Positions 52,601 to 64,000 of a stretch of DNA of 64,000 nt are shown in pieces. This stretch comes from an uncultured Planctomycetota bacterium (GTDB lineage: Bacteria; Planctomycetota; Planctomycetia; Isosphaerales; Isosphaeraceae). Location of the stretch: NCBI GenBank assembly GCA_963823665.1, contig CAWGMQ010000011.1:1056001-1120000 (forward strand). The letters run 5' to 3'. The translations under genes were made by a program, and so were the position numbers. The notes beneath the pieces are model-generated. The model saw only the letters and a program-made list of their open reading frames with translations, had not been told where the DNA came from and made no database searches. Each line of letters starts with the position of its first letter. Within the stretch, counting starts at the first letter, position 1.

Positions 52601-55600
52601 AGGCCGCCGCCGTCGCCGGCCGTTCCAGAACCGCTCGCATCGCCCCCGGAGACGGTGACATTCTTGAGCGTGAATGTGTCGCCGGCGGGCTCTTTCACGA
52701 AGAAGATACGGAACCCCGACGTGTCCGTGGGCCCGGGACCCGCGATCACGAGGCCCGGAGCCGTGCTGGCATCGATCGTCATCGGGGCCGTGATGGCCAG
52801 CGCCGAGAAACCGTCATCGGTCGCGTCGCCGACCGTCGTCAGGTAGATGGTCTGCCCGGCAAGCGAGGAAGCGAAGGTGATCGTGGGGGCGAATGCGCCG
52901 GCGTCGGCCGCGTCGATTGCGGCGCGGAGCGAGCCGGGCCCCGAGTCGTTGGTGTTCGTCACCAGGTAGGTCTGCGCGATCACGACCTGGCCGCCGGAAA
53001 GGGTGCCGGTGCTGGTGCTGAATTCGCCGGTTGCGCTCGAGAACACCGCCGTGACCGTATATGTGCCGGTGGCCAGGGACGTGCTCGAGATCGTCGCGGT
53101 GCCGGTTGCGCTCAAGGTCACCGGGGCGCCCAGGTTGGTGCCGTTCAATTCAAACTGCACGCTTCCCACGGGGACTGTTCCTGTGCCGCTCGAGTTGCTG
53201 ACCGTGGCCGTGAAGGTCACGGAGTCGTCCTCGCCCGCGGGATTCATCGAGCTGGCCACCGCCGTGGTGGTTGCTGCGGGCGCGACCGTGAGCACGCTTG
53301 ATGATGTGTAAGTGATGTTGTAGTTCGTGAGCCCGGTGCCCGTCGCGGCGCTGGCAACGATGGCGTAGGTGCCCGGCGCGGCCGACGCCGGCGCCCGGCG
53401 CTGGTCACGGTCACGCCGGTAACGCTGTCGCCGGTGCCCGACACCAGGCCGGTTGTCGTGAAGGTCGCAGTGCCGAAGGTCGCCACCGAGCCGTAGATCT
53501 TGCTGGAACCAGGATAGCTGACGTTGATGGTCAGAGGCGCCGGGAGAACCGTTTCACTCAGACTGCCTGAGCTGCCGAAGAAGGTCCCGGTCGGAGTGTA
53601 AACGGCGCTCAACGACTCGACGCCCACGGGCAAAGAGGAGAGGGTGAACGTCGAGGTTGCGCTGTGGCCGCTGCCGCTCAAAGCGGAACCTTGCCCGAGC
53701 TGGGTTTCCCCTTCATAGAAAGTGACGTTACCCGCCGGCACGCCGCCGCCCGAGTCGCTGACCGTGGCCGTGAACGTGACCGAGTGGCCGTAGGTCGCGG
53801 GACTCGTGGACGCCGTCACGGAGGTGTTCGTCACATAGTAACCATTGATGAAAATATCGCCGGCCGGCGCGTACACATTGAGCTGGCCGCCGATCTGCAC
53901 ATTGAGCGGCGCGGCGCTCGACCCGACGGCGGTTTCCGCCGTCAACGTGGTGCTGCCGGTCGTCTTGATTTGAATGCCAGAACCGGTGCCCAGGATGCTT
54001 CCCGGACTGGAGATGTTGACCGCGCCCGAGGCGGTCACCTGGCCCAGGGTCAGGATCCCGGAGGTGTCCTGAACGGTGATCGGCCCTCCGGCGGTCATGT
54101 TCAAGGTTCCGGTCGCCTTGACGAAGAGCTGGTCGTCGGGTGGAAGCACGAAGCCGGTGACCGTGTAGCCGGAGGGCTGCTGGCCCAGCGGCACGGTGAC
54201 GGTTTGGCCTTGGGCGTTCACGGCTTGCTCGTTCACTTCGCCCGGGGCCGATGCAGCCGCGAGTGCCGCGGACTGGGTCGATGTGAGGGTCCCTGCGGCG
54301 GTGAGGGTCGGGGAGCCAGCGGCCATCGCGCCCGCCGAGAGCGTGATCGTGGTCGAGTTGTTGACAGTCTCGATCGTCGTCCCCGGCGTCACGCCGGTGC
54401 CGGTGACGGTCTCGCCGACGAACAGTTGCGCCGTGCTGCTGATCCCAGTGACCTGGGTCGAATTTTTTGTGAGCGTGCCGGTGAAGGTAATATTCTCGAT
54501 GTCCCCCAGCGGGAGGAAGATCGGCGCGTTGGTCTGGCCGATGCTCGCGCTCGAGATCAGTGTCACATTCACTCCGGAAATATTCGGCGTCGAGACCCCG
54601 ACCGGAGTGGCGAGCGGCGGGTTCACCCCCACCTGGGGGAGCGCGTCGCTCAGATCCGAACTGGGCCAGGCCGCGTTGCTCGTGAGGTTCGACACCTGCT
54701 GCTGTGTCGCCACGTAGCTGAACGATGGGTTGAAGGTTGCGAATTCCGGCAATGCCATCCAGTTCGTGCCCAGGTTCTGGATGAAGAAGGCAATAAAGCC
54801 CTGGTACTGCGAGTTGGCGTACGTCTCGATCTGGGCGTTCGTCAACTGGGCCGGTAAATAAGGTTCCGCGGTCAGAGGCCCGGTGCCGCTCTGGGTCGCG
54901 CTCGCGGAAAGCGTGATGGTGCCGGTTGTGGTTGGGGTTGAAGCAATGATACTCGCGATCGTCGTCCCGGTCGGGATGCCGGCGCCGGTGACGGTCTCTC
55001 CGACGAACAGCCCGGCCGTACTGCTCAAGCCCGTGACCTGATTCGTTCCATTCAGTGTGCCGGTAAAGGTCTCGGCCAGGGCCAGGGCTGCCGGTCCGCT
55101 AAAGAGCGACAGGCCGCCCGCGGTCAGGGTGAGAGCACCATTCTGGACGCTGCCGTTTTCGAGCAGTTGCCAGTACCCTGCGTAATTGGCGTCGACCTGG
55201 TTTTCGAAGGCGCTCACGGTCTGATTCTCGTCCGCGAGCGGGTTCGTCAGGTCCAGGAGGAGTTGCTGGCTCGGAACCGCGCCGGCCTGGGCCAGAGGTG
55301 TCGCCGCGGCACCGAAGATCTGCCCGTTCTGCACGTTGATGGTGACGTTGCCGTTCGTCGAGACGATCTGGCCGACGTCGAGATTGCCGCCAGTTCCAAC
55401 ATAATAGTCCTGGTCCAGGTCGATGTCGTCGAGCGCGGTGACGTTCACGACCCCCTCCGCGAAGAGCACCAGCGGCGCGGCCGCCGATCCAACCTCGCCG
55501 GTCGCGGAGGTGAGCGTGATGTTGTTCGCGAGGATCGAGGAGTAAAGGCCGGGCGCTGGATCGAGACCGCCGGTCGCGTTGATGACGACGTTGCCGCCGC

Positions 55601-58600
55601 TGTGGTAGGTCTGGACGTTTTCGATGAGCGCCCCCGAGCCCAGGTTCAAGTACACCCCCTGGTCGCCGGCCGTGACGTTGAGCACGCCGGTAGGTGTCTG
55701 GGCCGTGAGGTTCTCGGGCCCAGTGACGTTCGCGGGCGCCGAAAGCGTGAGCCCACTCGGCGCGCTCAGGGCCTGAATCGTCGTTCCAACCGGGAGGTCG
55801 GTGCCGGTGCCGGTAACGGTGTCCCCGACGGCCAGCCCCGTTGCATTGCTGATGCCCGTGACCTGATTCGAACCGCTGGTAAGGGTGCCGATAAAGGACA
55901 CTGTGGGCGTCGGCTGCGTCAGGGTCGCGTTCAAGGGTGCCAGGACGGTGAACGTCTCGGAGCTATCGTCCATCGCGTTCGACGAGAGCGTGATCGTCGT
56001 CGAGCTGTTGATCGTCTGGATCGTCGTCCCAGCCGCGATGCCGGTGCCGGTGATGGTCTCGCCGGGGAAGAGCCCGGTCGTCGTGCCGATGCCCGTGACC
56101 TGATTCGTTCCATTCAATGTGCCGGTGAAGGTCTGGTCGATGCCGATGCCGCCGGAGGATGTGAGCGTGAGGTTGTGTGACGTGATGCTCGCGGAAGCGC
56201 TGCTGTCGGTGATGCTCGAGGCGGTGATCGTCGTGGTGCCGTTGGGATTGGCGATATTTCCAGCGAGGATGACCGGGGCATTCGGCGAGTCAATATTGAC
56301 CGAGCCCTGGGCCGCGCCGGCGAAATTGATGGCGATCGGGTAGTCCGCTTCGATCGCGTCTGTCAGCGTCAGTTTCACCCGGGTGGGGTAGTAGTAAGCC
56401 CAGGGGTCGAGATCCTTGCCGCTTGAGTTTTTCACCGCGGGTTTGGTCGGCTTGAACCCGAATTGTTGATTGACATAGACCGGGTCAAAGACAAACCAAT
56501 TCTGCACGCTCCCTTCAATGAGTTCACTGAATGCAGATGTGCTGTAGCCGGATAAGGCGGCGGGGAAGAGTGATTGGTCGAACGGTGTGCTTCACGGGTC
56601 GTTGGGGTTCTGGAAGGACCACGGAGAAAGAGTGTTGCTCGGAACCGACGTAACCGTCCGTGTGAGGGTTGCCTGAACCGACCAATAGTAATGCAGGTTT
56701 TGCATGGGGGTGTAAATCGTCGACGTCCCGGTCGTCCCGCTCGGGTTGCTGACGGGCTGCAGGATCGAGCCGCTGGCCAGGATCCCATCGGCCGTGGCCG
56801 CGCCCTGGTACGTCGTGATGGCCCCACCCGGATGGTAGACGTAGACTGTTTGTACGTAGAGCTGGGCGCTGTTTGGCGGGGTGGTCGTGGCGTGTTCCAG
56901 GTCTGTGATCACGACTTCGGTAGGCGGGGTCGAGCTCAGGGAGCCGATCCCGGCGTTCACGTTGTTCACAACCACGGGGATGTTCGTCTCGTTGTCGATC
57001 GTCACCTGGCCGTTGCCGTCGTTGACGTTGATGTCACCCGACAGATTGGTGCTCATGATCCTGCCGGCGAGCGACAGGTAGCCGGCGCCTGAGGAGGCGT
57101 TCACGTTATTGACGATGATCTGGTTGGTGGCCGCGTCAAACTGGGCGGTAATCTGATTGTCGCTCGAGGAGACGGTGCTGACCGGAAGGCTGAAGAGGGA
57201 CTGCAGGGGATTGTGTGTGTAAAGGGACTGATCGGCCTGGATGGTGCTGTTCAGGGACGATGGCAGGTCGACCGACCAGTTGTTGGGCAGCCCGACATTG
57301 ATGGTGCCGTCGACATCGATGATGGCGGCGGTGATGAGGACCTTTCCGGCATTGAGCGCGCTTGATCCGGAGATGAAGGTCTCGGCGACGCTGCCATCGA
57401 CCGTCGCGGCGGCGGAGAGCGAAAGCGATGTCGGAATCGCGTCGATGGTGTCGGTCATGTCACCGGTTGCGGTTGCGGCATTCGATAAGGAATAGACCGG
57501 ATACCCATGGGATGTTTTGACTGTGATCGTCGTCCCATCGGGGATGCCGGGACCGGAGATGGGATAGCTTTGCCCGTCGGTCAGGCCCAGCGCCGGGTCC
57601 TCGTCAAGGCCCTGCCCATTGCTAAAGAACACACCGTCTTTTTGTCCGGAGTTCGTCTCGAGGGTGTAGGTGGGGTAGCTGATCGACTGGATTGTCGTCC
57701 CAGCCGGGAGACCTCCACTGGTCCCCGTGATGGTGACGGCCTCACCGACGGCCAGCCCCGCCGTATTACTGCTCAGGTTCGTGATCAGGTTCGAACCGGC
57801 CGTGAGTGTCCCGGTGAAGGTCACTGGCGTCGGCTGCGAGGGAAGCGGATCAAGGGTGATGCTCTCATCAGAACCGGTCAGGGTCTCGGGCAAGGAGAGC
57901 GTGATCGCAACATTTTTCCCATTGTTGCCGCTGGCGGTAAAACTCAGGACCGTCGTTCCCGGCTGGATGCCGTTGCCGCTCACGGGCTCACCGTCGAACA
58001 CGACCGGCCCAGTATTGGTCGTGATCGAAGTAGAGCCTTTTTTCAGTTTGGCGGTGAAGGTCTCCGACTGTTGAAAGGTCGGCTCGACGGGGACTACGGG
58101 GAAGTAGCCCTCGTTGCTCGAGTTCATCTGGTAGTACTGCCCAACCGGACTCTCGGACTTCGCGTCCGTCTCTGTCACCGGATCGGGATTGGTGGACGAG
58201 GATACCGAAGCATTGCTACCCGTGTTGGTGCCGAAGAAAACGATGCTGGTTCCCGCTTCTGGTACTTGTGTTCCGTCGTCATTGAGGTATTCCAGAACTG
58301 GTGTCGATGGCGCATCATTTGTCCCGGCCGCCGTCAACAGTGATGAACTGGGCGTATCGCCGACCTTGCCGATGAGAGCCTTGGTGAGAGCGGTGTTGTC
58401 CGCTGCGATGCTACTGTCGTCGCCGTACTCCGGGAGATCGTTGAACATGGAGTTGGCAACGAAGGCAACGGCGAGGTTGGCGTCCAGATTGGGCCCGGGC
58501 GTGGTATCGGGATTACCGCCCGGCCAGATCATCTCGGAGTCATACTGCGAGTACGGAGACTGGCCGGTCACCACAGTCTGCCCGGGCGTGTCGATCACCA

Positions 58601-61600
58601 GGGCGCCGTTCGGCGCGGAGATGGCAACCTGGTTGGCTTGGATGGGCGAAAGCTGTACGACGGACCCGTTCGCGTCAGCGATCGAGACCTGCCCGCGCAG
58701 ATTTTCCACTTCGCCGGAGATGAACACGGCCGGCCCGAAGCTCGAGCTGCCCACCGACTGAGTGTACGTTTCCTGGATGTTCACGACCGGACTGGCGCCT
58801 GCGGCCACATTATTCAGACTCGCGATGGTCAACCCGGAGGATGCAGCTTGCTTGGCACCGGCCGCGCCGGTGTAGTCCACGTCGCCGGCGAGCAAGGGCG
58901 AGATGTTGATCGCGTTGACGATGAGGTAGTCAGGGCTGTTGTTGATGATGTTGATCGAAGGTGCGCCGTAGGCCGTGACGGTGCCGGTGCCGGAAAGGGT
59001 GGCGGCGTTCACCGTCACGTTGCCGCCGAAAGCGGTCAGCGAGCCGAGCTGGATGGCGCCGACGGTGTCCCCCTGCGGGACAACTTCGCCGTCGAGCACC
59101 ATTTGATCCGTCGGGCTCAGGTTGCTCTGGTTGATGACCTGATAGGGGTTAAAAGTCGGATCGAAGCTTGCCGTGAAGCTCGACATCAACGAGCCGCCGG
59201 AGAAAGCAGGGTAGGCCAGGTCGGGGTTGGTAAAGGGGGCGAGATAAGGCACGTTGTTGACGTTGTTGACGTTGGGGGTCGTCACGCCGTTGGCGGTGAT
59301 TTCGGTGCTAAAGATGCCCGAGTTCGCGACGTTGGGAATGTTGATGTTGAGCACGTCGAAGATGCCGGCGGTGACGGTGCCGTTGATCGTCACGGTCGAG
59401 GTGGTGGGGCTGCTGGCCGAGCTGTCGGAGTTCTTTTCCGGGATCATCGAGGTGCCGGTCGCGGTGCCGCCGGTCTTGATCGGGATGATCCAGAGCTCGT
59501 AACCGTGGCCGATTCCCGTCGCGGTTGCTATTGGGGCGCCGTGGTCCGCCGCCAAGGTGATGTTCTGCCCGCTCTCGATCTGGTCGCCCGAGCCCACGGA
59601 CAGCGACGCGTTGCTGGCGAGCGTCGTGAGGGCGTGGGCGATGGGGATGCCAATAAAGCCCCGCGCGTACGACTGCGCGTTGGCGAAGCCCAGCATGCTT
59701 GTGTCGGGGTTGCTGTCGGCGGGATTAGCGTCGTCCCCGGCGGTGAGGCTGATGTTGCCGTAGGCCGTCAGGTTCGTGTCGGGGCCGAGCGTGAGGATCT
59801 GGTTCGACGTGACGTCGGTTGTCGCGCGGGCGGAGGCCAGGGCGCCGGCGAATCCGAACGTATTGGCCGTGCTTGTGTTCGCGGCGTTGACCTGTGTGTC
59901 GGTGCCGATCCCGATGTTCTGGTTGGTCGTGAAATTGTCGGGTCCCCCGGACGTTGAGCTGGTCGCCACGGTGTTAATCAGGTTGGCCGTGAGAGACGAA
60001 TTGGTGCCGCCTCCCTCGAGCGCACCGCCGGCCGAGAGCGCGACCTGGTCCTGAGTGTTCAGCACGCTCGACGCCGTCAGGAAGATGCCGGACGTGCCCG
60101 TGCTGTTCGTGCTGGTCGACTCGACCCAGATCGTGACCAAGCTGCCGATCGTAACGTCGGCGTTACCGGTCAGATTGGTGTCGCTCACGGCGGCCGTGCC
60201 GTTCAAGAAGCCGCCAGCCCCGGCGGTGACGGTGTTCCCGATGGTGGTCCCGTTCGTCGGGAGGTTCTCCGTGAACGTGTTCTGCGCCGTGACGTCCACG
60301 GCGGACGAGGCCATGATGACCGTGTTCGAGAGTATCGTCGCGTTCGCCGCGATGTTGTCGGTGTTGTTCGCCGCGGCACCGCTGGCGCCGGCGACCGCGG
60401 CGTTTGCGGACGTCACGTTGGGCGTGAACTTGCTATTATTATTGGCCGAGACATTGACGGTGCCGGCGAAGATGGCGGGCATTGTTCCACTGGCGAGCGG
60501 ACCGCCCAAGGTCGCCGAGACGGTCGAAGTGTCGTTAGTGTCGCCGACCGAGACGTCGCCCGCGATCAGGCCGCCGCTGCCGGCGGTGCTCGATGCGTTG
60601 TTTTGGTCCGTCCCGGTGGCGGCGACAGTGAGCGCACCGGAGCGCGAGCTACTGGTCAGCACCCCCGCCCCCAATTGGGCCGTGGTGGTCACAGACGAGT
60701 TGGCGGTGGCCGCGTCGGCGCCCAGGGCGAGAATGCCGCCGATTGCCACGCCGGTGGCCATCGCGGACTGGTCGCTCGTGCTGGTGGCGTCGATCGAGAC
60801 ATTCCCGTTCGGGAGCATCACCGCGGTGCCGGTGGTCGCCTGCACCGTGCCCTCGGCCTGGGCCGTGCTGACGGTGGCGTTAATTCCCGCCAGGACCCCG
60901 CCTGCGCCGGCGTCGGCCTGTGAATTCTCCGTCGCGCTCCGCGTCGCATCGACTGAGAGCGAGGCGGCCGAGATCGAGACCGAATTGCCGAGGTAGCTCG
61001 ACGTCGTTCCGGAAACGGTCGCGATGCTGACATTCACGCCGATCGAGACGCCCCCCACGTCGACTCCGATCGATTCGGCGCTCGCTTGCGGCGTCTGCTG
61101 GGCGTTTACCAGGACGGTACCGGTTGACGTGATCGTGCTGTTGTTATTGATGGCAGCCATCACGTCCGGCGCGGTTGTAGCGGTGGCGGCGGCGCCGCTG
61201 CCGGCGATGATGCCGCCCGCCAGCGCGAAGGCCAAAGCATCCGAACTATCGTTGGCCGTGGCCATGACCGTCAGATTGGCGCAGCCGGTGACAACGCCAT
61301 CGATGTGGGCGCTGGTCGAGCCATCAGCCGATGTGGTCGCGATGCTGCCGCCTATGGCGAGGAAGCCGGCGGCAATTCCAAACGTCGTGGCCGTGGCACT
61401 GTTGGTCGCGCCGGCCGTGACGGAGATATTGCGGGTGGCGCTCAAGGTGGCCCCGCTGCCTTCATAGGCGTCCACGGCGGGGTTGACCATGGCGCTGGCT
61501 CCGGCTCCGGCGCCGGCGGCGCCCAAGGCGGCCGCTACGGATGTGGCCACAGACAGCGTGTTCACCGAGTCGCTCGAGCTGGCGCCGATCGAAATCTGGC

Positions 61601-64000
61601 CTCCGGTGGAGGTGACGTTGGAATTATCCACGTAAGCGGTGATGTTGCTGCTGACGGTGTTCAGGGCCACGGAGAGGCCGACCGAGCCGCCGACGATGGC
61701 GGCCGCCCCGGCCACGGCAACGACTTGCGAGGTGATGGCGGCGTTTTCTGCGGCCGTGAGCGTGATGGCCCCGGCCGCGGTGATCGTGCTCGGGGCGCTC
61801 GAGGAAGGGCCCTCGATATAGCTTTTGATCGTGTTGTCGACCGTATTGCTGGCGCCGGCGCCGCGCCGGCGAAGGCCGCGCCGATCCCGATGGCACCGGC
61901 GACGCTGGCCGCCACGCAGGTGGCCTGGAGCATGGCCGTCGTGGGCATGGTGGCGCTCAGCGTGATCTGGCCCGCGGCGGTGATCGTCGAGTCGTCGCTG
62001 TAGGCCTCGACCGTGTCTTCGACATCGTTGCTGGCGATCGCGGCGCTCAAGCTGAAGCTGACGGCTGCGACACTGCCGGAGAGGCTCACGGCGGCGGCCA
62101 CAGTGATGGCCGTGAGGTTGGGCGAATCCGTGGCTGCCAGGGTGACATTTCCGCTGTTCGTGGTCGTGACTCCGGCGCCGCCCGAGAGGTAGGCCTCCAC
62201 CGTATTATCGACCGTGTTGGACGAATAACCGACGCCCACAGCGATCGCAACCCCGGCGCCGATGCCGCCCCCCACGGCGATGGCCACGGCCCCGCCGACG
62301 GTCACGGCCGTCATGCTCGACGTCTCGGCCGCGGCCACGCTCACGTTGTTGCCCGTGGCGCTCACCGACGAGTCGGACACATAGGCCAGAACCGAGTTTT
62401 GAATACTGTTGGTGGCGACGGCAAAGCCCGCGGCGAATGCGAGGCCGCCGGCGATCAAGCCGGCTCCGATGCCAACCGCCGCGGCGATGCCGCCGCCACC
62501 GGCAATGATCGTCGAGTTGTCGGTGGCATCAATGTCGACGCTGCCCGCCTGGGCGGTCACGTTGCTGCCGCCCGAGACGTAGGCATCAACATTGTCTGCG
62601 ATGCTGCTGCTCGAAACCGAACCGGCCACGGCCACGCCGATACCCACTCCGACAAGCTCACCTACACCGAGACCCAAGGATACCGCTCCGCCGATCGCCA
62701 CGGCCAGGATGCTCGCCTTCTCGGTCGCGGCGACGTTCACCATCCCCGCCGAGGTCACGTCGGAACTGACCACATAGGCCTTGACGTTGTTATCGATGCT
62801 GTTGCTGGCCGCCGCCACCCCGAGCGAGACGCCCAGGCCGGCCAGCTCGGCGCCGATGCCGATGCCGACGGCCAGCCCGCCTGCGATGGCCTCGATCGAC
62901 GAGCTGTCGGTGGCCGTCACGATCACGTCTCCGGCGGAGAGGGTCTTCACCGTGCTGTTGCCCGCGATATACGCATACACGTTGTTGCTGATGCTATTGC
63001 CGGACCCTGCGCCGCGGCGCCGACACCGACGCCAAGGAAGCCCTCGCTCACGCCGATGCCCACCGCGCCGCCGATCGTCCAGGCGTCGATCGTCGCCGAC
63101 TCGGTCGCGGTCAGACTGACGTCGCCGTCGGTCGCGGTTACCGCCGAGTTGTCGATATAAGCGCTCACATTGTCCTGGATGTCGTTGATGGCCACCGAGA
63201 TGCCGATCGAAGCGCCAATGCCGTACGTGGTACCTACGGCCACCCCCACCCCCAGGGCCCCGGCGATGGTCAGGATGTAGGCGTTGTCGGTGGCGCTCAC
63301 GTCAATCGCGCCAGCGCTCGTTGTAACGACGCTGTTGTCGATATAGGCAAGGACCGAGTTTTGCACAATGTCGCCCGAGCCGGCCCCGGCCCCGGAGCCG
63401 GCGACGCCCCCTGCTTGGTCCGAAACAGCCACGGCGACCGCGACGCCGATGGTTAGCGCCTCGATCGTCGGCATCGCGATGGCCGTCACGTTGACGTCGC
63501 CCGCAGAGCTCAATGTGGAGCCACTCACGTAGGCTTGGGTGGTGTTGCCAATCTCGTTGAATGCGACCGACACCCCGACGGCGAGCCCGAGGGTCCCCGT
63601 GCTCACGGCGATGCCGACTCCGCCCGCGAGCGCTTTGATGGTCGAGGTGTCCAAGGCGCTGACGTCCAAGCCGTCCGCGCCCGTTTCCGTGGTGGTGACG
63701 CCGGTCGAGCCGGAGATATAGGCGTCGGTGGTGTTGTGGATGATGTTGATCGAGACGGCCCCGCCCACGGCGACTGAGGCGAAGCCAACGCCCCCCGCGA
63801 ACGAGCCCGCGACGGTGATGTTGTTGATCTGGCCGGCGTACGTGGCGTTCACGTCGATCTGGCCCGCCTTCAGGCTGCCGGTGACGTTCTCGATGGCGGC
63901 GCGGACGACGTTATTGTTCTTGGAGGAGGGATCGTTGGGATCGCCGCCCAGGTAATTGAAAGCGATCGAGGCGCCAATGGCGGCCGCGATCGCCGAGGTC
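34623..64000 (-). CDS. Giant multidomain cell-surface protein/adhesin (about 9,800 codons in window, 5' end beyond 64000), interrupted by 8 indels and one in-frame TGA
   Basis: Ten consecutive same-strand ORFs join into continuous T/G/S/A/N-rich sequence at ~63015, ~61860, 56592 (TGA), ~53390, ~50735, ~42865, ~40600, ~40185 and ~37390. The frame is open to base 64000 (TSAIAAAIGASIAFNYLGG...). Confidence 0.8.
34975..37135 (-). repeat. Four near-identical 555-bp tandem repeats (beta-sandwich domain plus 14-proline linker)
   Basis: Period 555 bp (shadow ORFs at 35216/35771/36326/36881); unit FVGSDTSTKGNWINVYG.DGY...NAVLNGLFFDP; Pro14 linkers at 35478-35519, 36033-36074 and 36588-36629. Confidence 0.95.
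37150..38440 (-). repeat. MBG/YDG-like stalk repeats
   Basis: L.ITA..NSK.YD(G/A)TT.A...P.IT.G....D...F...Y...NVGTGLTLTP.G.V.DG.SG.NY units, with period ~240 bp. Confidence 0.7.
38850..49730 (-). repeat. Five parallel beta-helix (Pmp-like GGGI/N repeat) units, four capped by choice-of-anchor-Q domains
   Basis: Each unit starts (I/L)YVNSANT..T.DG/NG..PATG(Y/F).TIQ.AI (~49725, 48235, 46755, 42615, 39930). Caps NGGPTETIALL.GS.A..AG...D.RG...GA(Y/F) lie at ~48270, 46790, 42630 and 39950. An internal ~945-bp duplication is visible (40801 vs 41746). Confidence 0.8.
49740..53830 (-). other. Region with four bacterial Ig-like (Big_3-type) domains, one MBG-like domain and the first beta-helix/choice-of-anchor-Q unit
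   Basis: T.T.V.SS.NP....VTFTATV...P.G.V.F motifs at about 53530-53830, 52980-53270, 50590-50880 and 49740-50025; YLVTNTNDSGPGSLRAAI at ~52960; YGGPTETM...DQRG...VDIGAYE at ~51150-51300. Confidence 0.7.
54300..58061 (-). repeat. Seven dispersed copies of a ~62-77 aa module TFTGTL..G.N.VTG.....GL.VG.TVTG.GIP.GTTI..I....ITLS..A...G...LT
   Basis: Copies at 57855-58061, 57372-57821 (containing nested copy 57441-57671), 55947-56132, 55704-55898, 54870-55070 and 54300-54488. Confidence 0.8.
58700..64000 (-). other. Filamentous-haemagglutinin/leukotoxin-LktA-like beta-helical repeat region of the giant protein
   Basis: Recurrent units such as A-GG-GI/VAV-GVSVA-N-I-N-V-AYI--S-VT-G-V-V-ATD-S-I; coordinates approximate. 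Confidence 0.6.

Noticed and set aside
56540..56594. Selenocysteine recoding of the in-frame TGA
   Set aside because: No convincing SECIS hairpin directly downstream by eye, no redox motif, and the context favours Trp.
34900..63960. Many plus-strand MPPP-rich ORFs
   Set aside because: Reverse complement of GGGI repeats in the giant gene.

Overview
GC-rich bacterial window that looks like Planctomycetota, probably Isosphaeraceae. This is inferred from the membrane-anchored ECF sigma factor, the KYxxAAxxPWxPV-type small protein, the REP type and the giant surface protein. Positions 1-34.4 kb hold housekeeping and accessory genes: a Gly/Tyr-rich TPR protein, an NTF2-like protein, kynureninase, a low-GC two-gene EEP-nuclease islet, two Gfo/Idh/MocA oxidoreductases, a Tat-exported TIM-barrel isomerase, an MBL hydrolase, a clan-CD peptidase-like ORF, a MacAB-type MFP/ABC operon, DAHP synthase, larB, nnrD, an RRM protein, a GNAT, a DUF697-like protein, an ECF sigma factor, an ACP-like lipoprotein and argJ. 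Positions 34.6-64 kb are most simply read as one minus-strand giant surface-protein gene (>29 kb, about 9,800 codons in view, 5' end outside the window), split by 8 small indels and one in-frame TGA. About 20 one- to two-base indels across the window, many in short G/C runs and in housekeeping genes, indicate an unpolished long-read assembly, so split genes are reported joined. The most unusual observations are: (i) a ~62-77 aa module inserted seven times into unrelated sites of the giant protein, once nested inside another copy; (ii) an exported ACP homologue whose phosphopantetheine Ser is replaced by Glu; (iii) the low-GC EEP-nuclease/partner pair, a candidate defence module. No rRNA, tRNA, CRISPR array, transposase or integrase was recognised. 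All calls come from reading motifs by eye; no database searches were run.
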